Numbered from the stretch's first letter, positions 1 to 14,274 are shown. The stretch is 64,000 bases of DNA from Eledone cirrhosa (GCA_964016885.1 OZ024741.1:315580001-315644000); one strand, 5' to 3'. Notes: a model not told the origin generated them from the letters alone. Numbers and translations are program-made.

Positions 1-1528
1 TTACGTAGATAAGACCTGTAGATGATAAGGATATCCACCGAGCGACGAATTCCAGAGGACTCTATATTGTGGAGGGAACGGGCTGTATGTAGTGATTTAT
101 GTGGACACTATGGTGGAGGACGATACACAGAATACACACACACACAAATACACACACGCACGCACACGCACACATATATATACCGATGTTACATTGAGCA
201 GTGGAGAAGACGTCTGACCCTACCTTAACTAGTATAGGCATAATCTGTTGATTCTCCAAAAACTCCAGCTGATCTGGCAAATAGCAGATTGGGCATACTA
301 AGATTTGGGAGTCTAAAATTGTAGGGACACTTGGACACAAGGACAGTGTTTTGTCCCCTTCTGGGCGCTTGTCCTATATCGATCTTTCGGTTGTTATACT
401 TTTTATTGTAGATGTGCATTATAATCCCACCCTAGGTTTATTTAAACAGCACAGAGGCTGCATCATGAGCTTAACGGAGCTGTCGTAATATAGAGCTTAC
501 TGAGTTGATATAGCAGTAATGATAATGTGAGCAGTCTGATGTGACTTGCACGATTGGTTTGTTATCTAAAAATGAACCTGCACACCATCTAACAGGCCTT
601 AATTAAAGTACCAAGCCCTAGGAACATTGCGCAGTTGCTTAAAACATGCATAACACCGCTAGATTTGCCAGTGAAATTCATTTTATTTTGATGGCCGAGA
701 CATGCGTCACTATAGTTTGTTGCTGGATTTTAGAAATATGTTAGAGGAAAACTATATTAGTAAATAGGAATCCACTATCGATCTAGATGCAGGGTAAATT
801 TGTAGTTTAATTATTTACCTATAATAATTACCTTCAGTTCCGATAGATTAAATTAATAACAATTATTATAATATTGTGGTTTCATATGTATATTTTGGTA
901 CAGACTTTCGCTGAGCATTCTAATATATAAATCTAAGCCAAAAAAGATATTTGTTTAATCATCTATCTTTCTCTATTTATTTATTGATATCTCATTGTAT
1001 TCTCTTATGATATAAATAAGATTAATAGCAGGGTTTTACGGTTAGAGATTTTTTTAATTTGTGTACCGTTGGAAATCTTCTTATCAAGAAGAATTAATTT
1101 AAACTTGAATTCCTACGAAATTATCAATCTCCTTTCACATTTTTTATTTTTTGTATATTTTTATACACCCTACGCTATTGACTAACTACTGTCCTTTGCT
1201 TGTCAATATGCAAACTAAAATTCTCATGTATATTTAATCATATGTCTGTTAATGTACGGATGAACAGAAGTACTAAATTGTGACATACCGTCATTAACAC
1301 CGTTTCTGATTTGCTGTTGCTTTTGAATGTGCTTGTAATTTGGCAATATATTAATTGATAGAGTTTGAAGTTATCTCTCTTGAAACGTATACCAATATAT
1401 AAATTACTGATGATATGTAGAGCATTGGACATATACCGCATAAATATCGTGGTATGGTCCACCGCTATACATTGAAACATGTAGAATTACAATTATACTT
1501 TAATGGTAACTTGGTTATTCTCCACCCC

Positions 1529-1632
<104 letters not shown>

Positions 1633-1685
1633 GAATTAGGATTTAGCTTCATGCATAGCTGAATACAGATATGTATGGACATTTC

Positions 1686-1901
1686 GTATTTCTAGAGAAA
1701 TACGGTATGTTTATAGATAAACATTTAGAAAGCCGTAGCTGTGCAAAACACCAGGGCTATCAACCTCTGCAGGTGTCCAGCAGAAGCAAGGGGGGCATCG
1801 ATGATTGTCCCCCTTTCTTCTGCTGGACACCACCCGGTGTTTTGCATGGCGACGGCTTTCTAAATGTTTATCTATAAACATACCGTATTTCTTTAGAAAT
1901 A
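1686..1901. repeat. Imperfect long palindrome (fold-back) of unknown origin
   Basis: Arms 1686-1736 and 1852-1901 are reverse complements. Inner arms TGCAAAACACC/GGTGTTTTGCA and GGTGTCCAGCAGAAG/CTTCTGCTGGACACC are nested around ~1803. Confidence 0.85.
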
Positions 1902-1927
1902 CAAGATTTCAATATGTATATATATAA

Positions 1928-3200
1928 TTAGAATCAAAAGAGCGCTCAGCGACCTGTATAGATTATTAAAAGATCGACGGTCATAATCAGTTGATTCAGG
2001 TTTATTTAAAATTTTGTTATACATATTTCGCCGTGGACTATCAGTTATGATAGTCTGAGTTCAGTTCTTCAGACGGCAAAACCTATAAAAGTTTGAAAAC
2101 ATTGAAAGTTCCTAAAAAAAAATCTTTAAATTTGAAAAAAAATCAAAAAATCTTCCTCGAAAAAAATGTTTCGTTTCTTGACGAAGGGGACGGCCGAATA
2201 TGTAGATGTTTCTTCGCAGACTGGCCGTCCTTTCAATGAGCACAGAAATAAAAGGTATCTTACTGGATACATTTAGCTAAATAGAGCAAAGCTATGCAAT
2301 AATCGTGACGTTGTGGAAGACCACATTTAATATTGGTGCTTATTCTTCTATCATTTTCTTTCAATCACTACAGGCTTTCGATAAAAGAATGTAATCTACT
2401 ACCGATTTCCAGATGGATGAGCTACAGATATCAAAGGAAGGGTTATTTGCCACTCAAATGTGTCGCACACTACTTTCTAGTTTTATATTAATAAAAATAG
2501 AAACTATGAAAAAGTCAAATTCATTAAATAATAATAAAAAAAATGATGATTAATATCTCCCCTCTTTTCTTTAAAGGTTCGTCAAAATCAGAGAGAAATC
2601 CTACCTGGTACTCTCGTCTAAATGTCTTGTTTGATGTTTACAGATGAACATCTGTAAATCATTGTTTAAAATGTCATCCGGGAGATAAAACTAGATGGGC
2701 TTGATTTTGTCCAGGAGAGATTATGGGAAGGCTTTAAGTGGTGAGACAATAATATTGGCAAAAAGATATGAATACGCATAAGGTGCAGATATATAGAGCA
2801 GAACAACAGATCATTATACTAGTGATATAAACAAAACGAAGAAAGATAGACGGCATGTCTATGAATGTCTCTTCTGATTTGATCAAGAATGTCTGTGTGT
2901 AGCAATAACATTGTTCCGTAGATTTGAGCTGTAGCCTAATGTGAGTTTAATTAAATATTATAAAATGTTACAAATTGATCGGGATTGATGTATTTTCTGG
3001 CTCTAAATGGGAAATGTAATCTGTGTGAAACAGCTTGGCCAGGAGATATTTCTTAGATTTCATCAGATATTCTAACGCTTATTTTTTACATCAACTAATG
3101 TCCCTCATAACATGTAGTGCAGATATCGAAAGCGAAGTAGAGATCTTTGAAACCAACACACTTAATGTGTCAGAAACATTAATAAGAAGGGGGTGGTGGA
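1928..3200 (-). mobile_element. Highly decayed Penelope-like element relic(s): RT C-terminal remnants plus 3' end
   Basis: Broken minus-strand frames give KIPFISVLIERT, a DILIK-like and a TMIYRC motif. HHR-like motif near 2012-2080. Confidence 0.45.
2012..2080 (-). ncRNA. Degenerate type I hammerhead ribozyme motif
   Basis: Minus strand reads CTGAAGA, a long stem II containing GACTATCA/TGATAGTC, then GAAA-TATGTAT-A. Stem I is weak. Confidence 0.5.
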
Positions 3201-5200
3201 CTGAATGGCAGTGCTGTTCAGGAAAGGCCTGGATCTCGTGATACTGACGATCTTCCTGGACCAAGACTGGGGGTTGGGAATCCTGGATGTGATCAATAGC
3301 GAAGGTGGTGCTTTTAGAATGGTGGTCATCTACGACCCGACTATGGCTGGACATCCGAATTTCTTCAGAAGTCTGGAAGCCTTCATAAGAAAATTACACC
3401 CTATTTTGTTAAAAGGAGACTGGTACGGCATTTTGGACGCACGCTGGGATTCTGTGGACGTAACTGATAGAAGCGGGGTTTGTGCAAATCCCCACGGACC
3501 TGATCTTCAAGTTCCAACTGTATATCAGGTACCGACTAGATGTACCGAATGTTCTAGTGTGAGCCTGGACTAATCGCATAGTGTCATCTAGTTCGTATTT
3601 CCATAGGTTTTAGATTAGGATAGCTGATAAAAATAGCTTAGGATGTTCATGCGAACGATGCATTGTTAGAACTAAGGCGCATGCTCTAAGAAACAAGCGA
3701 ACCAAAGCTGGTTGATGTTCCCGAGTGGTAGTGGCGCTATATGACAACAGAGCTACAATTTGGTCTTTGTAGAACCGAGATTGAGGACAGGCTGCTCTAT
3801 TCCTGGCAGATGTATGCAACTTTTCAGCAACAATTTGCACAACTGTTCGGTGTGAGATGCGGGAATCCCTGACCGGATGTACAAGCTGCAAATCTCCCGG
3901 TTTGGATGATCTGCCCTACCTGATTTTCGTAGACATGCCAGACTTGTTCCGGATCTCTATGAAGCACTCTACAGCAACTGGAGGCAGAATGGTAATATTC
4001 TCAGTTCTGTAAGTGGAGGCGTAATAAGGTTGATGATCAAATACGGAAACAAGGGGGATGTTATGAATAATTTCTAAGTTTAAGACTTTAGCTAAGGTGC
4101 TTGCAACGTGGTTGGCGCTTGTAGTCAATAGTCTGATGGGAGAGGTACCACCCCGATAACCTCAACTTCATGTGATACATCATAGAGATCGTAGGAATTA
4201 AACCTAGCTTCGGTGGGGATCTGAGAGATTTGGCTCAATCGAAAGGTTTCGATAGGATTGACCATCGATACATAGAGGCTATGCTCTGCTATAGTCACGT
4301 CTTCAGACACTGGATCGCCTCAATACACAGCGGTCTCTGATCGATGGTCAAGTTAAATAGCCACACATCGAAACCGGTTCAGATCACACACTCAGTCCAT
4401 CAAGGATGCCCCTTCTTCCCCTTATTCACGTACTCGATCTAATACTGGGGAAGCTTGAGTTGTTGCAGGGAGTCTTACTCGAGTCGGGACTTGGAAGTGC
4501 TACATGGAAGCGACGTAAGGGTTTAGATCACCTCGGTCAGCAACCTTCTTAGAGGAATATGAAACGTTGATGGGAGCAAAGTTGAACCCAGGTAAGCGGT
4601 GAGTTTGCTGCTCTGCACATGGTGAGATAAATCCAGGCCGTTCAACAGCGTAGCCGGAAGCTTGATGGACTAGCCGGTGAAGATGAGTGAGGCCTGGTTT
4701 CGTTCAAACCTCCAGGGAGATAAGAAGTGGGACAGGGTAACCAGCAGAATATCTACACTCACCCAGAAATAGACCGGTCGAAAGCCATCTCAATTTGGAA
4801 CACCTGCTCTTCAACGTTTTGGGGAAGGGAGTTTCTATTGATGAGGCTGTCCATTTGCCACCAACTCCCTCTACGCAGAGAGATGGACATGCTGCACTGA
4901 TGATTAGCAAACATGTGCTGAGGCTATAGCATCTCCAAGTATTCCTAAATGGTGAACAGTTGTGGTTGCCATCTCTGAGACAGGTTTTTCTACAGCTCCT
5001 CTCTTTGACTGAACTGCAGTCGTGGGACAAACGAAGACCAAGATTGGGTACACGATAATCTCTACAGACAGTGAAGTGCAAGATATGTGCAGAGCGAAAA
5101 AACAGTTATGCACGCACTCGTCCAGTGTCCGGGTATTGATGACTAGTGGAATGTTATTGAACAGCATTTTCCGCGTGTAGGACAGATTCGCTATCGACCT
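3200..5200 (+). mobile_element. Decayed L1/Tx1-like LINE ORF2 (AP endonuclease plus RT remnants)
   Basis: ORF 3205-3573 has APE-like AVLFRKG...FRMVVIYDP...LKGDW.ILD. KSPGLDDLPY at ~3890 and SVHQGCP at ~4393 match LINE RT motifs. Confidence 0.75.
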
Positions 5201-5336
5201 CTATGCGACCGCTATCAGTCGCGAAGATTTACCCCTCCCCCACCATTATTTTGGCCGGGAAGAGCAGGTGGTTTTGGTGAATCATGTTGTGTGGTAAACG
5301 CACCTGAAAGGACTGGAAACAGATACTTTCTTCATT

Positions 5337-5772
5337 GGGCGGTGGATTGACAGCGTCGGTAGAGAGTCGAACAACATGTTTTGTGACATTGAGTTACGGT
5401 CCTTTACATTCTGAATTCAACTCCCGCCGAGGTTAGCTTTGCCTTTCATTCTTACGGAGTCGATAAAATAAAACACCAGTAAGTCTATTCAATCGACTTT
5501 CCCCTTCCTCCAAAAAACATTGTTGACCTTGTGCCTAAATCAGAAATCATTATTATTGCGGATTGGGAGGGCGGTGGATTGGCAGTATCGGTAGAGGATC
5601 GGACGCCATGCTTTGCAGCATATATTTACGGCTCTTTATGATCTGAGTTCAAATCCCGCCGAGGTTAACTTTGCCTTTCATCCTTACGGGGTCGATAAAA
5701 TAAAGTATCAGTAATGTACTGGATAATTGCTGGCTTTGTGCCAAAAATAGAAACAATTGTTATTATTATTAT
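5337..5772 (+). mobile_element. Two tandem copies of a tRNA-derived SINE
   Basis: Head GGGCGGTGGATTGGCAGTATCGGTAGAG, B-box-like GAGTTCAAATCCC, body GCCTTTCATCCTTACGGGGTCGATAAAATAAAGTA, (ATT)n tail. More than 10 copies in the window. Confidence 0.9.
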
Positions 5773-5774
5773 AC

Positions 5775-6145
5775 GCAGCACTTTTGTTCTGGCAGATGTT
5801 ATACCAACACTATACCAAAAGAACGAACCATAACCAATGGCCAAAGATCCTTTGAATCATTCCTTCTCCTTCAACTTTCCAACATCCGTCTTAGAATTCT
5901 TGTTATCCCCAGCAAGGCTGTTTTCTGCAACAATCTTGTCCTGGTGGTAATTCCTAGCTTCTCAAACCATGCATACAACTTTCTACTAACTGCTCCCAGT
6001 GCGCCAATCATATTCGTTATCACTTCTACGTGTGTGATTCTCCACAGTTTCCTGATTTCTGTCCTCAGCTCCTGGTATTTCTAAACTTTCTCACTTTCCT
6101 TCTCATTCATCCTATGGTCCAACAGTGAAGCATTATCCACGATAT
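5775..6145 (-). mobile_element. 3' fragment of an R4/Dong-like LINE (restriction-like endonuclease end)
   Basis: Minus translation DHRMNEKESEKV*KYQELRTEIRKLW...IGALG...LQKTALLGITRILR is typical of the R4-clade RLE C-terminus. Confidence 0.75.
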
Positions 6146-6419
6146 TTGAAATATTTTGAAAATTCGGTTTTAGTGAAAAAGGACTTATCAAAGACGAACA
6201 GGTGTGATTTGAGAGAGATTTGGCTGCTATATTGAGTAGGTTGACTGAACTGACAGCTAGGTTGTCACTATTTTTGTGCGGGTGACCCCACATGAACTTC
6301 AACTAAGAACATTGAACGACGCTATGTAGTTCTACATACTCCTTGAATTAATTTGATTATAAGGGATTATTGTGAGTTTTTAACTCAATATATATGTTGG
6401 ATATATACATATATATAAT

Positions 6420-6510
<91 letters not shown>

Positions 6511-6822
6511 GCTTGCAAATTAGCGAATCATACTGAACGACGCACGTTTCACCGGACGAATTTTCAAACTGTGTATGGCTACGGTGAGAACGGAAGAATA
6601 TATGAGCTGACTGGGTTCTGCGTGGCGGATAACGGTAGTTTGGTAACGAGAGAGACACCCCAAATTAGACTTTTGCTGGGAAGCAAATCTTTGGGAAAAA
6701 ATTTACAAGCGAAAAGGAAGTTAATGAACAATAAATATATTCATATATAGACATTGGCAAACATACGTAGACATGTATACATAAAAAGACAGATATTGTC
6801 ATATATACAGACACATATACGT

Positions 6823-6910
<88 letters not shown>

Positions 6911-6916
<6 letters not shown>

Positions 6917-7610
6917 ATACTTTGGGAGGGTCATGTTGCCAATAAGAAGCACACGCACCAGTTGCTTTCACTTCAATTTATTATAATAAATTTATAAATT
7001 TAGGAATTTATAAATTTCCGGTTGGTTGGTTGGTTGGTTGGTTCCGCAACCAGTTGATTGTTTATATATTGTCAATGTTCTTTCGTCACACATTATGTGA
7101 CCTCTTCAGTGACTGGGGATTCTTTTCTTTGTTTTTGTGCCTCTCCTTTGTTCTGTCCTACGCCATCTTGTTTTTGTGTTTGTTGTGTGCTTAGTTTGCG
7201 CATGTGTTACATCCGGGTGTCTGTGTGTGTTTATATTTGTTTATTTATTTGTTTATTTACATGTTACTGGTTGGTTGTTTGTTCTATGTGCGTGTGTGTT
7301 TTCATTTTGTCCTAATTGTAAGTTGTGATGTTGCTGTTCCATTCATGTTTTCTATTTAATTTTGGTTGGAGTTCATTAATGTTTATTGCCTTTGTGATTT
7401 GTCTAAACATTGCGTCTTTTCTGTGTGTAGATTCTATTTTTATTTCTATGTTCCCTAATTTACCCGTATGTTCTATTTTAGCATGTTGGTAGAGTACAGA
7501 TGATTCTTTACTATCTTGAAGGTCTCGCCAGTGTTCATTTATCCGTTCCCCTATACTACGAGCTGTCTCACCTATGTACACTATATTCTTATCTCTACAT
7601 TGTCCTTCAG
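6911..7610 (-). mobile_element. PLE 3' fragment (GIY-YIG end plus pLTR), Naiad-like family A
   Basis: ORF 7312-7581 YIGETARSIGERINEH...LNRKHEW. Close match to 35570-36360. Flanked by (TA)n. HHR copy at 7071-7113. Confidence 0.9.
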
Positions 7611-7622
7611 TATATATATATA

Positions 7623-7676
<54 letters not shown>

Positions 7677-7680
<4 letters not shown>

Positions 7681-8810
7681 AGCTGAATGTCTCGGCGTTG
7701 CCCGGGTTACTGCTGTTCTTATTCACATTAGTAAACAATAAATATGAAGATTTTTTTTTCTCGTAATTATTTCAAAATATCTTTTATTTTTTTAAATATC
7801 AAAATTGTAATGATAATACAATTTAGAAATGAAAATCTTTTTAATCTGTAAGCACCTCGGGGTAAACAATATTCATTGTGTAATTTTTTGTGAGCAACCA
7901 ACATAAAGTTGAACGTGGGAGAAACATGTAGTAGATAGATCAAGTCCAATTACCTTGATGGAATGACCCTGAAATTTGTTAATTGAAATAACAAAACATA
8001 GTTTGAGTGGAAACTGAAGATTCTAAAATTCAAATGGAACAGATGTAGGCTTGAGAGGAATTTTTAGAATAAAGACATTTTTTTTTCTATATTGTAAACA
8101 AATAAGTATCAACATCGAAAAGAAATATATATTAATCTCTATTTGTGTATCCAGTGTAAATTAAGCAAATATAAGCAAATGTATTAACTTTTAATTTAAC
8201 GGTATGAGAATATAAATATAAACGAAGAGACATACATACACTTATAAAAAAACGCAAACATACATTCATACAAATATTCACATAGAGTTTCACCCTCGAA
8301 CAGACACACATACACTCACACAAATTTATAAAAAAACACACACAAACATGCATTCATACGGCGTTTCGTTATGTCAGAAATGTATGTATACTCACACACA
8401 CATACACTCACACATACACTCACATACACTCATATACATATATTTTTCAGTCACACATATGTATGTGTTGATGTGTGTGTGTGTGTGTTTAATTCTCTGA
8501 AGGCACAAACACATATACAAACTCATATACAAAACTCATATACAAAACTCATATACAAACTCATATACAAAATGTGACGTCGTCGTCCGTGTCATGTTAT
8601 AAAATTCCGTTTATTATAGTTGACTATAGTAGAATATTTTGATACAATGTTGTATTGTTTCAATGCAAAGGAAAATGAAAATTACATGTTGTTAATCCCG
8701 GGGTCTAATAGTATTACTTTGTAAAATTTGATTTGATTTGGTCGAGCTATTTGAGAATGCATAAGGAAAAGATGGACAGACAGACAATGAATTTTATACA
8801 GAGAGAGAGA
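7677..8810 (+). mobile_element. Possible non-autonomous Helitron/Helentron-type (HINE-like) element
   Basis: Starts ACAAGCTGAATGTCTCGGCGTTGCCCGGG and ends with a GACAGACAGAC tract then TTTTATA. Resemblance to HINE termini only. Confidence 0.35.
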
Positions 8811-9375
8811 TATATAATAAAATGAAGAAAAAAATACAAAAACAACTTAATAGCCACAGCCAAATTATAAAACCTGGCGTCCTTAAATCACCAGAAACCG
8901 CCACATACATACGTACATAGATATATACATACAAACATACATACTCTCTCACACACATAACCGTATATATATATACATATGTATTACACACACACAAGCA
9001 CGCGCGCGCGCTCTCACACAACACAGCCACACGCACATCATAGCCAATCAATTAAGGCTGAAATGTCGGTTAAAATATTCACGTTCCATTTTTATGTGAT
9101 AGTTACTTGCTTGACCACCGTTGCTAACAGTATAACTGCCACCGTCACCAGCACCACCAACACCAATACCATCAGAATACATCTACTACTCTACTCCTGC
9201 CCCCACCAAAATAGACAATTCGCCATCATACTTATTGCCAGCAACACTCCCACTAACATTATAATAATCACCTTCTCTTCCCCCACCCCCTCCACCTCCT
9301 CATCATCATCATCATCTATATTTTTATCATCATTTTTTATAGTAATTATCAACATCATCATCTTAATAACATTAA

Positions 9376-9426
<51 letters not shown>

Positions 9427-10081
9427 CGTGTGTGTATGTGCGTATGTGCGTGTGTGTGTATGTGTGTGTGTGTGTGTGTGTGTGCACATGTACGGGTGCG
9501 TGTATGTATGTGTGTGCGTGTGTGTGTGTGCACATGTACGGGTGTGTGTATGTATGTGTGTGCGTGTGTGTGTATATATATATGTGTGCGTGTTTATATA
9601 GATATATGCAAGTGTGTGTATTTGCATCTGTGTATGTGTATATATATATATGTGTGTATGTGCGTGTGTGTGTGTACACACATATATATATATATATATA
9701 TTCGTGCGTGCATGGGCGTTTGTGTATGTATGTGTGTTTGTATCTGTGTATGCCTAGACATGGGTATATATTTATACGTTTGCCCCCACATAGTAGTAAT
9801 TTGCTGACCAGGTTTGGGTTACGGACAGGTCATGTGTGAATAACTGCAGACAGTGGACGTATTTGACTGGTCAAAAGAGGGCGGTGACGCTTGAAATTCT
9901 AAACCAATGAAAAGGCCGTATCAACAGGATGATGTCAATTGTTGACGATGGAACGGATCGAATGGTTTCAATCGGATGAAATGCTTTGAAAGCGCTGAAC
10001 ATATCTGAGGACCTTGCGAATGCAGAGTCAGGTTCGATCTGTAATAGGTCCAGCCTTGAGCTAATCGTCGGACTTCGTTAT

Positions 10082-10117
<36 letters not shown>

Positions 10118-10167
10118 TACAGAGTGTCCCCCCAAAATATATGGGTATATATATATATATATATATT

Positions 10168-10310
10168 AGAAAGTGAGGTTTTTTTTACAAAATGAAAAAT
10201 AACCGAGGTGTCCTACACGAGTGAAAGTATAAAGAAAAAAAGATGAAATCGAAAATGCAACTGGAGTCTTATTGTTTAAAAAAATATATATATTTATTTG
10301 GTTCCTTTAT
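10168..10310 (-). mobile_element. Short 3' end of the PLE family at 60058-63540
   Basis: Reverse complement of ~63388-63540. Between (TA)n tracts. Confidence 0.85.
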
Positions 10311-10494
10311 ATATATATACGTGCATATATATATGCCGATACGTGCATATATACATGTGTGCATGTGTGTGTATATATATACATACTACTGTACGTCAGT
10401 ATACATATATGTATGTACGTATACATACATACATACTTACATTTAAGTAAGTGCCGTACTAAGAGTGAGAAATGAAATTTCGTTTCATTCTATT

Positions 10495-10542
<48 letters not shown>

Positions 10543-10545
<3 letters not shown>

Positions 10546-11784
10546 GTTATACTTGGGGAGGGTCATATTTGTGTAATATTGCCAGAATTAATAACAGAAC
10601 ACACTCACTGTTTGGTTGGTTTTCGATTTTCGCTTCTGTGTCTTTTATATCGGTAATCTAATTTATTCGGTCCTCAATGTTCCCATTGACTGACCAACGG
10701 TCAAAAATAATACAGATACAATATAGACACAAACACATATATATAGTTTATCAAAGTTCTTTCGTTGCACATCTGCAACATCGTCAGTGATCAGCAAAAC
10801 CTACCCTTTTAAGAAAACCCACTGTACTAATAGGAAATGTTTCATATGTAAGGTAAACCCCCGGATAAACTGTAAAACTAGTAACGTAGTATATAGCATA
10901 AGATGTACAGGGGGTACTTGCAGAAACATGACAACATCATACATAGGCGAGACAGCTCGTAGCATAGGTGAAAGGATAGACCAACACTGGGGGGGGGGGG
11001 GGACTAAAAGGACGAAAAAACGGATCAGTACTATACGAACATGCCAGACAACAACACGACGGTAACATAGACAGCATAGAAATTAGAATAATATCTAAAC
11101 ATAGAAATGACCCAGCAGATAGGCAAATCAGAGAGGCCAGTGAAATAGAACTTAGAAGGCCAAGGCTAAACAGAAAGAATGAATGGAATAACAACACTCA
11201 AACAAACAACACTGACCTAAGAGAAGTATAAATAAATAAATAGATAAATAAATAAATAAATACATACACAAGCACAATAACAACAAACACATATAAACAC
11301 ACACTAGTAAAGATAGAATACATTAACCAATAGACAGTCACCCAATCACGAACACACATCAAACAAAACACTACACACGCAAACGCATGCGCAAAGAAGA
11401 AAAAATAAAATAAACAAATAAATAAATAAATAAACATATAAACAGACTAAATAAAGATGGCGTAGAAAATACAATGCAACGGGAGGAAACAATAGCACCA
11501 CTGACGATGTTGCAGATGTGCAACGAAAGAACTTTGATAAACTATATATATGTGTTTGTGTCTATATTGTATCTGTATTATTTTTTACCGTTGGTCAGTC
11601 AATGCCAACATTGAGGACCGACATAAAAGACACAGAAGCGAAAAGCGAAAACCAACCAAACAGTGAGCCTGTTCTGTTATTAATTCTGGCAATATTACAC
11701 AAATATGACCCTCCCCAAGTATAACAATATTTGTTTCGACACACGATTTCATATCAAAAACCTCGCAAAACTAATTCATCGCCG

Positions 11785-11787
<3 letters not shown>
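10543..11787 (+). mobile_element. 5'-truncated PLE (GIY-YIG plus pLTR) with inverted 5' copy of its 3' end, Naiad-like family B
   Basis: ORF 10787-11065 CTNRKCFIC...NVVYSIRC...YIGETARSIGER. 10545-10790 is the reverse complement of ~11497-11725. Confidence 0.9.
11497..11538 (+). ncRNA. Minimal type I hammerhead ribozyme (inverted copy 10750-10791)
   Basis: ACCA-CTGACGA-T-GTTGCA GATG TGCAAC-GAAA-GAAC-TT-TGAT. Confidence 0.7.
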
Positions 11788-11854
<67 letters not shown>

Positions 11855-11892
11855 TTAAAAAAAATAGCTGTGACATACGAGTTGTGATATAT

Positions 11893-12112
11893 TAGTAAAA
11901 AGGAAAAGAAAATGGTGACAAATTTTTCCCAGTGAAAAATAGTTTAATTAGGAATAAGTATAAATTAGTAACCGGTAAAAATAGTTTAATTAGGAATAAG
12001 TATAAATTAGCAATCGGTAAAAACTTAAAACTAAAACTGAATACTATCTAATACTTATTACTAATTTATACTTATTCCTAATTAAACTATTTTTCACTGG
12101 GAAAATTTACTA
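11893..12112. mobile_element. Short fold-back of a PLE 3' end (related to the 33170-33296 and 58830-58952 family)
   Basis: TTTTCCCAGTGAAAAATAGTTTAATTAGGAATAAG and its reverse complement at ~12070-12107. Internal duplication with ACCGGTA at the junction. Confidence 0.8.
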
Positions 12113-12375
12113 ATATATATATTTATGTATTTATTTTTTATCATTTATTTTGTTTTGACCTGTTTAGCTTGATTTGGTTTTTGGCTTGGGTGGTTAATGC
12201 CTTCTTGACCACCTTTTCAGTTTTGTATGGCTTCTTAACACATTGTTTAGCTCTGGTTTTTAACTATTGAGCACTTTGCCAGTATCATTTCTGATTTTTG
12301 CGTTTCGTTTCGCTTTTTCCTGCCCGCCGAAAATGCGATTCACGCTGAATCTTTATTTATATATATATATATATA

Positions 12376-12762
12376 TTTCGTTTCTGAATTTGTTTAGCAA
12401 GATTCTTTATCTGAAAACGTGTGTTGAAACCGATATTGTTATACTTTGGGAGGGTCTTGTTGCCAATAAGAAACACACGCACGAGTTGCTTTCACTTCAA
12501 TTTAATATAAATTTATAAATTTCCGGTTGGTTGGTTGGTTCCACAACCAGATGATTGTTTATATATTGTCAAAGTTCTTTCGTCACACATTCTGTGACCT
12601 CTTCAGTGATTGGGGATTCTTTTCTTTGTTTTTGTGCCTCTCCTTTGTTCTGTCCTACGCCATCTTGTTTTTGTGTGTTTTTGTGTTATTATAATAAATT
12701 GAAGTGAAACACCTGGTGCGTGTGTTTCTTATTGGCAACATGACCCTCCCAAAGTATAACAA
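12376..12762 (-). mobile_element. PLE pLTR fragment, Naiad-like family A, with short inverted piece
   Basis: Matches 36075-36416 in reverse. HHR copy at 12568-12610. 12690-12762 is inverted. Confidence 0.85.
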
Positions 12763-13089
12763 TATATATATATATAAATGGAATAGAATGAAACGAAATT
12801 TCATTTGTCACTCTTAGTACGGCACTTAATTGTATGGGTATATATATATACATACATACTTACATTTATATATATATATACCTCAATATATACCTTTGGT
12901 TTATATATATATATATAACTCAATATATACCTTTGATATATATATGTATACACAGACACAGACACACACATATCTATCTATCTATCTATCTACCTAACTA
13001 TCTTTCCCCCCCAAAATATGTGTATATATATATATATACCCATATATTTTGGGGGGATATGTGTGTGTCTGTGTCTGTGTATACATATA

Positions 13090-13352
13090 TATATCAAAGG
13101 TATATATTGAGTTAGGAACTCAAAATAGTCTCTTACAACAAAATAGCTCTAAGAAAGAGATATTTCCGAGCCGTAGATTACAATAGAATATAAAAGAAAA
13201 ACGAACACAGACATATACATATATGTGTTCAAATCGTAAGGGACGAGATTCGCTAAGGTGAAAAGAATACTAACTATAGACAATTGGGTTTGCTTGTCTC
13301 AATTTAAGAAAAAATCAAGAAAATAAATACAAACCGGAATTGTGGTAACTAC
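13090..13352 (-). repeat. Partial copy of the 509-bp HHR repeat unit at 59030-59738
   Basis: Near-identical to 59455-59714. Confidence 0.85.
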
Positions 13353-13538
13353 AGTATGTTTAATTAAACACATTTTGTAGACCTACATATACACACACAC
13401 ACACACATATATATATATATTTATATATATATTCACCGAAAGTGATTTTTCATTGCATCTCTTCTTTCCATGATATCCGGACTACATTGAGTTCTTCATA
13501 CGGATTGGACACTACCGTAAACTCTTGGTAGATTTATC

Positions 13539-13590
<52 letters not shown>

Positions 13591-13830
13591 GCCTTGAACT
13601 CCTTCTCTGCTCTTTACTTTTGCTACGGTTTTTATTTTGCTGACTCTACCTTCTGTACTCTTGTATATTTTCTCCCTTACCTCCCCTTATATCTTACCTT
13701 CTCTTATGCCCCCCCCCCATATATTCTTTTTGTTTTGCCCTTCACATACCTATGTGTATGTGTATGTATTTTTGTGTGTATATATATATGTATGTATATA
13801 TATATGTATGTATATATGTATGTATATATT

Positions 13831-13898
<68 letters not shown>

Positions 13899-13984
13899 GT
13901 GTGTGTGTGCGTGTGTGTATGTGTGTATATAATTGTATATTTGTGTGTGTATATGTATGTATATGTGGATAAACCAGGCTTTTT

Positions 13985-14042
13985 TTCATTCTGAAGATTG
14001 AAGGAAACTTTTTTTGCTTTTAAGAAACCTCTGGTGAATGGA
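13985..14042 (+). ncRNA. Type I hammerhead motif with mutated cleavage triplet (GUG)
   Basis: TTCATT-CTGAAGA-stem II-GAAA-CC TCT GG-TG-AATGGA. Paralogue of 15765-15822. Confidence 0.6.
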
Positions 14043-14184
14043 TTAATTGCCTTGTGTTGCTTTATTACTTTACTACTATATATACGTTTATGTAAGGTTC
14101 ATTTGTCTTATCTAATACTGAGCTTTACACATACACACATGTATATGTGTGTGTGTATGTGTATGCATGTGTGTATGTGTACGT

Positions 14185-14274
<90 letters not shown>

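Noticed and set aside
530-715. CTGATGT...GAGACATGCGTC hammerhead-like halves
   Set aside because: Two core mutations and no clear stem II, so it is too degenerate to call.
5569-5665. tRNA gene (A/B-box-like motifs)
   Set aside because: No cloverleaf. It is the head of a high-copy SINE.
8979-9839. 286-aa ORF and the many [12 protein letters not shown] ORFs
   Set aside because: These are translations of stop-free microsatellites, with no domain or splice evidence.
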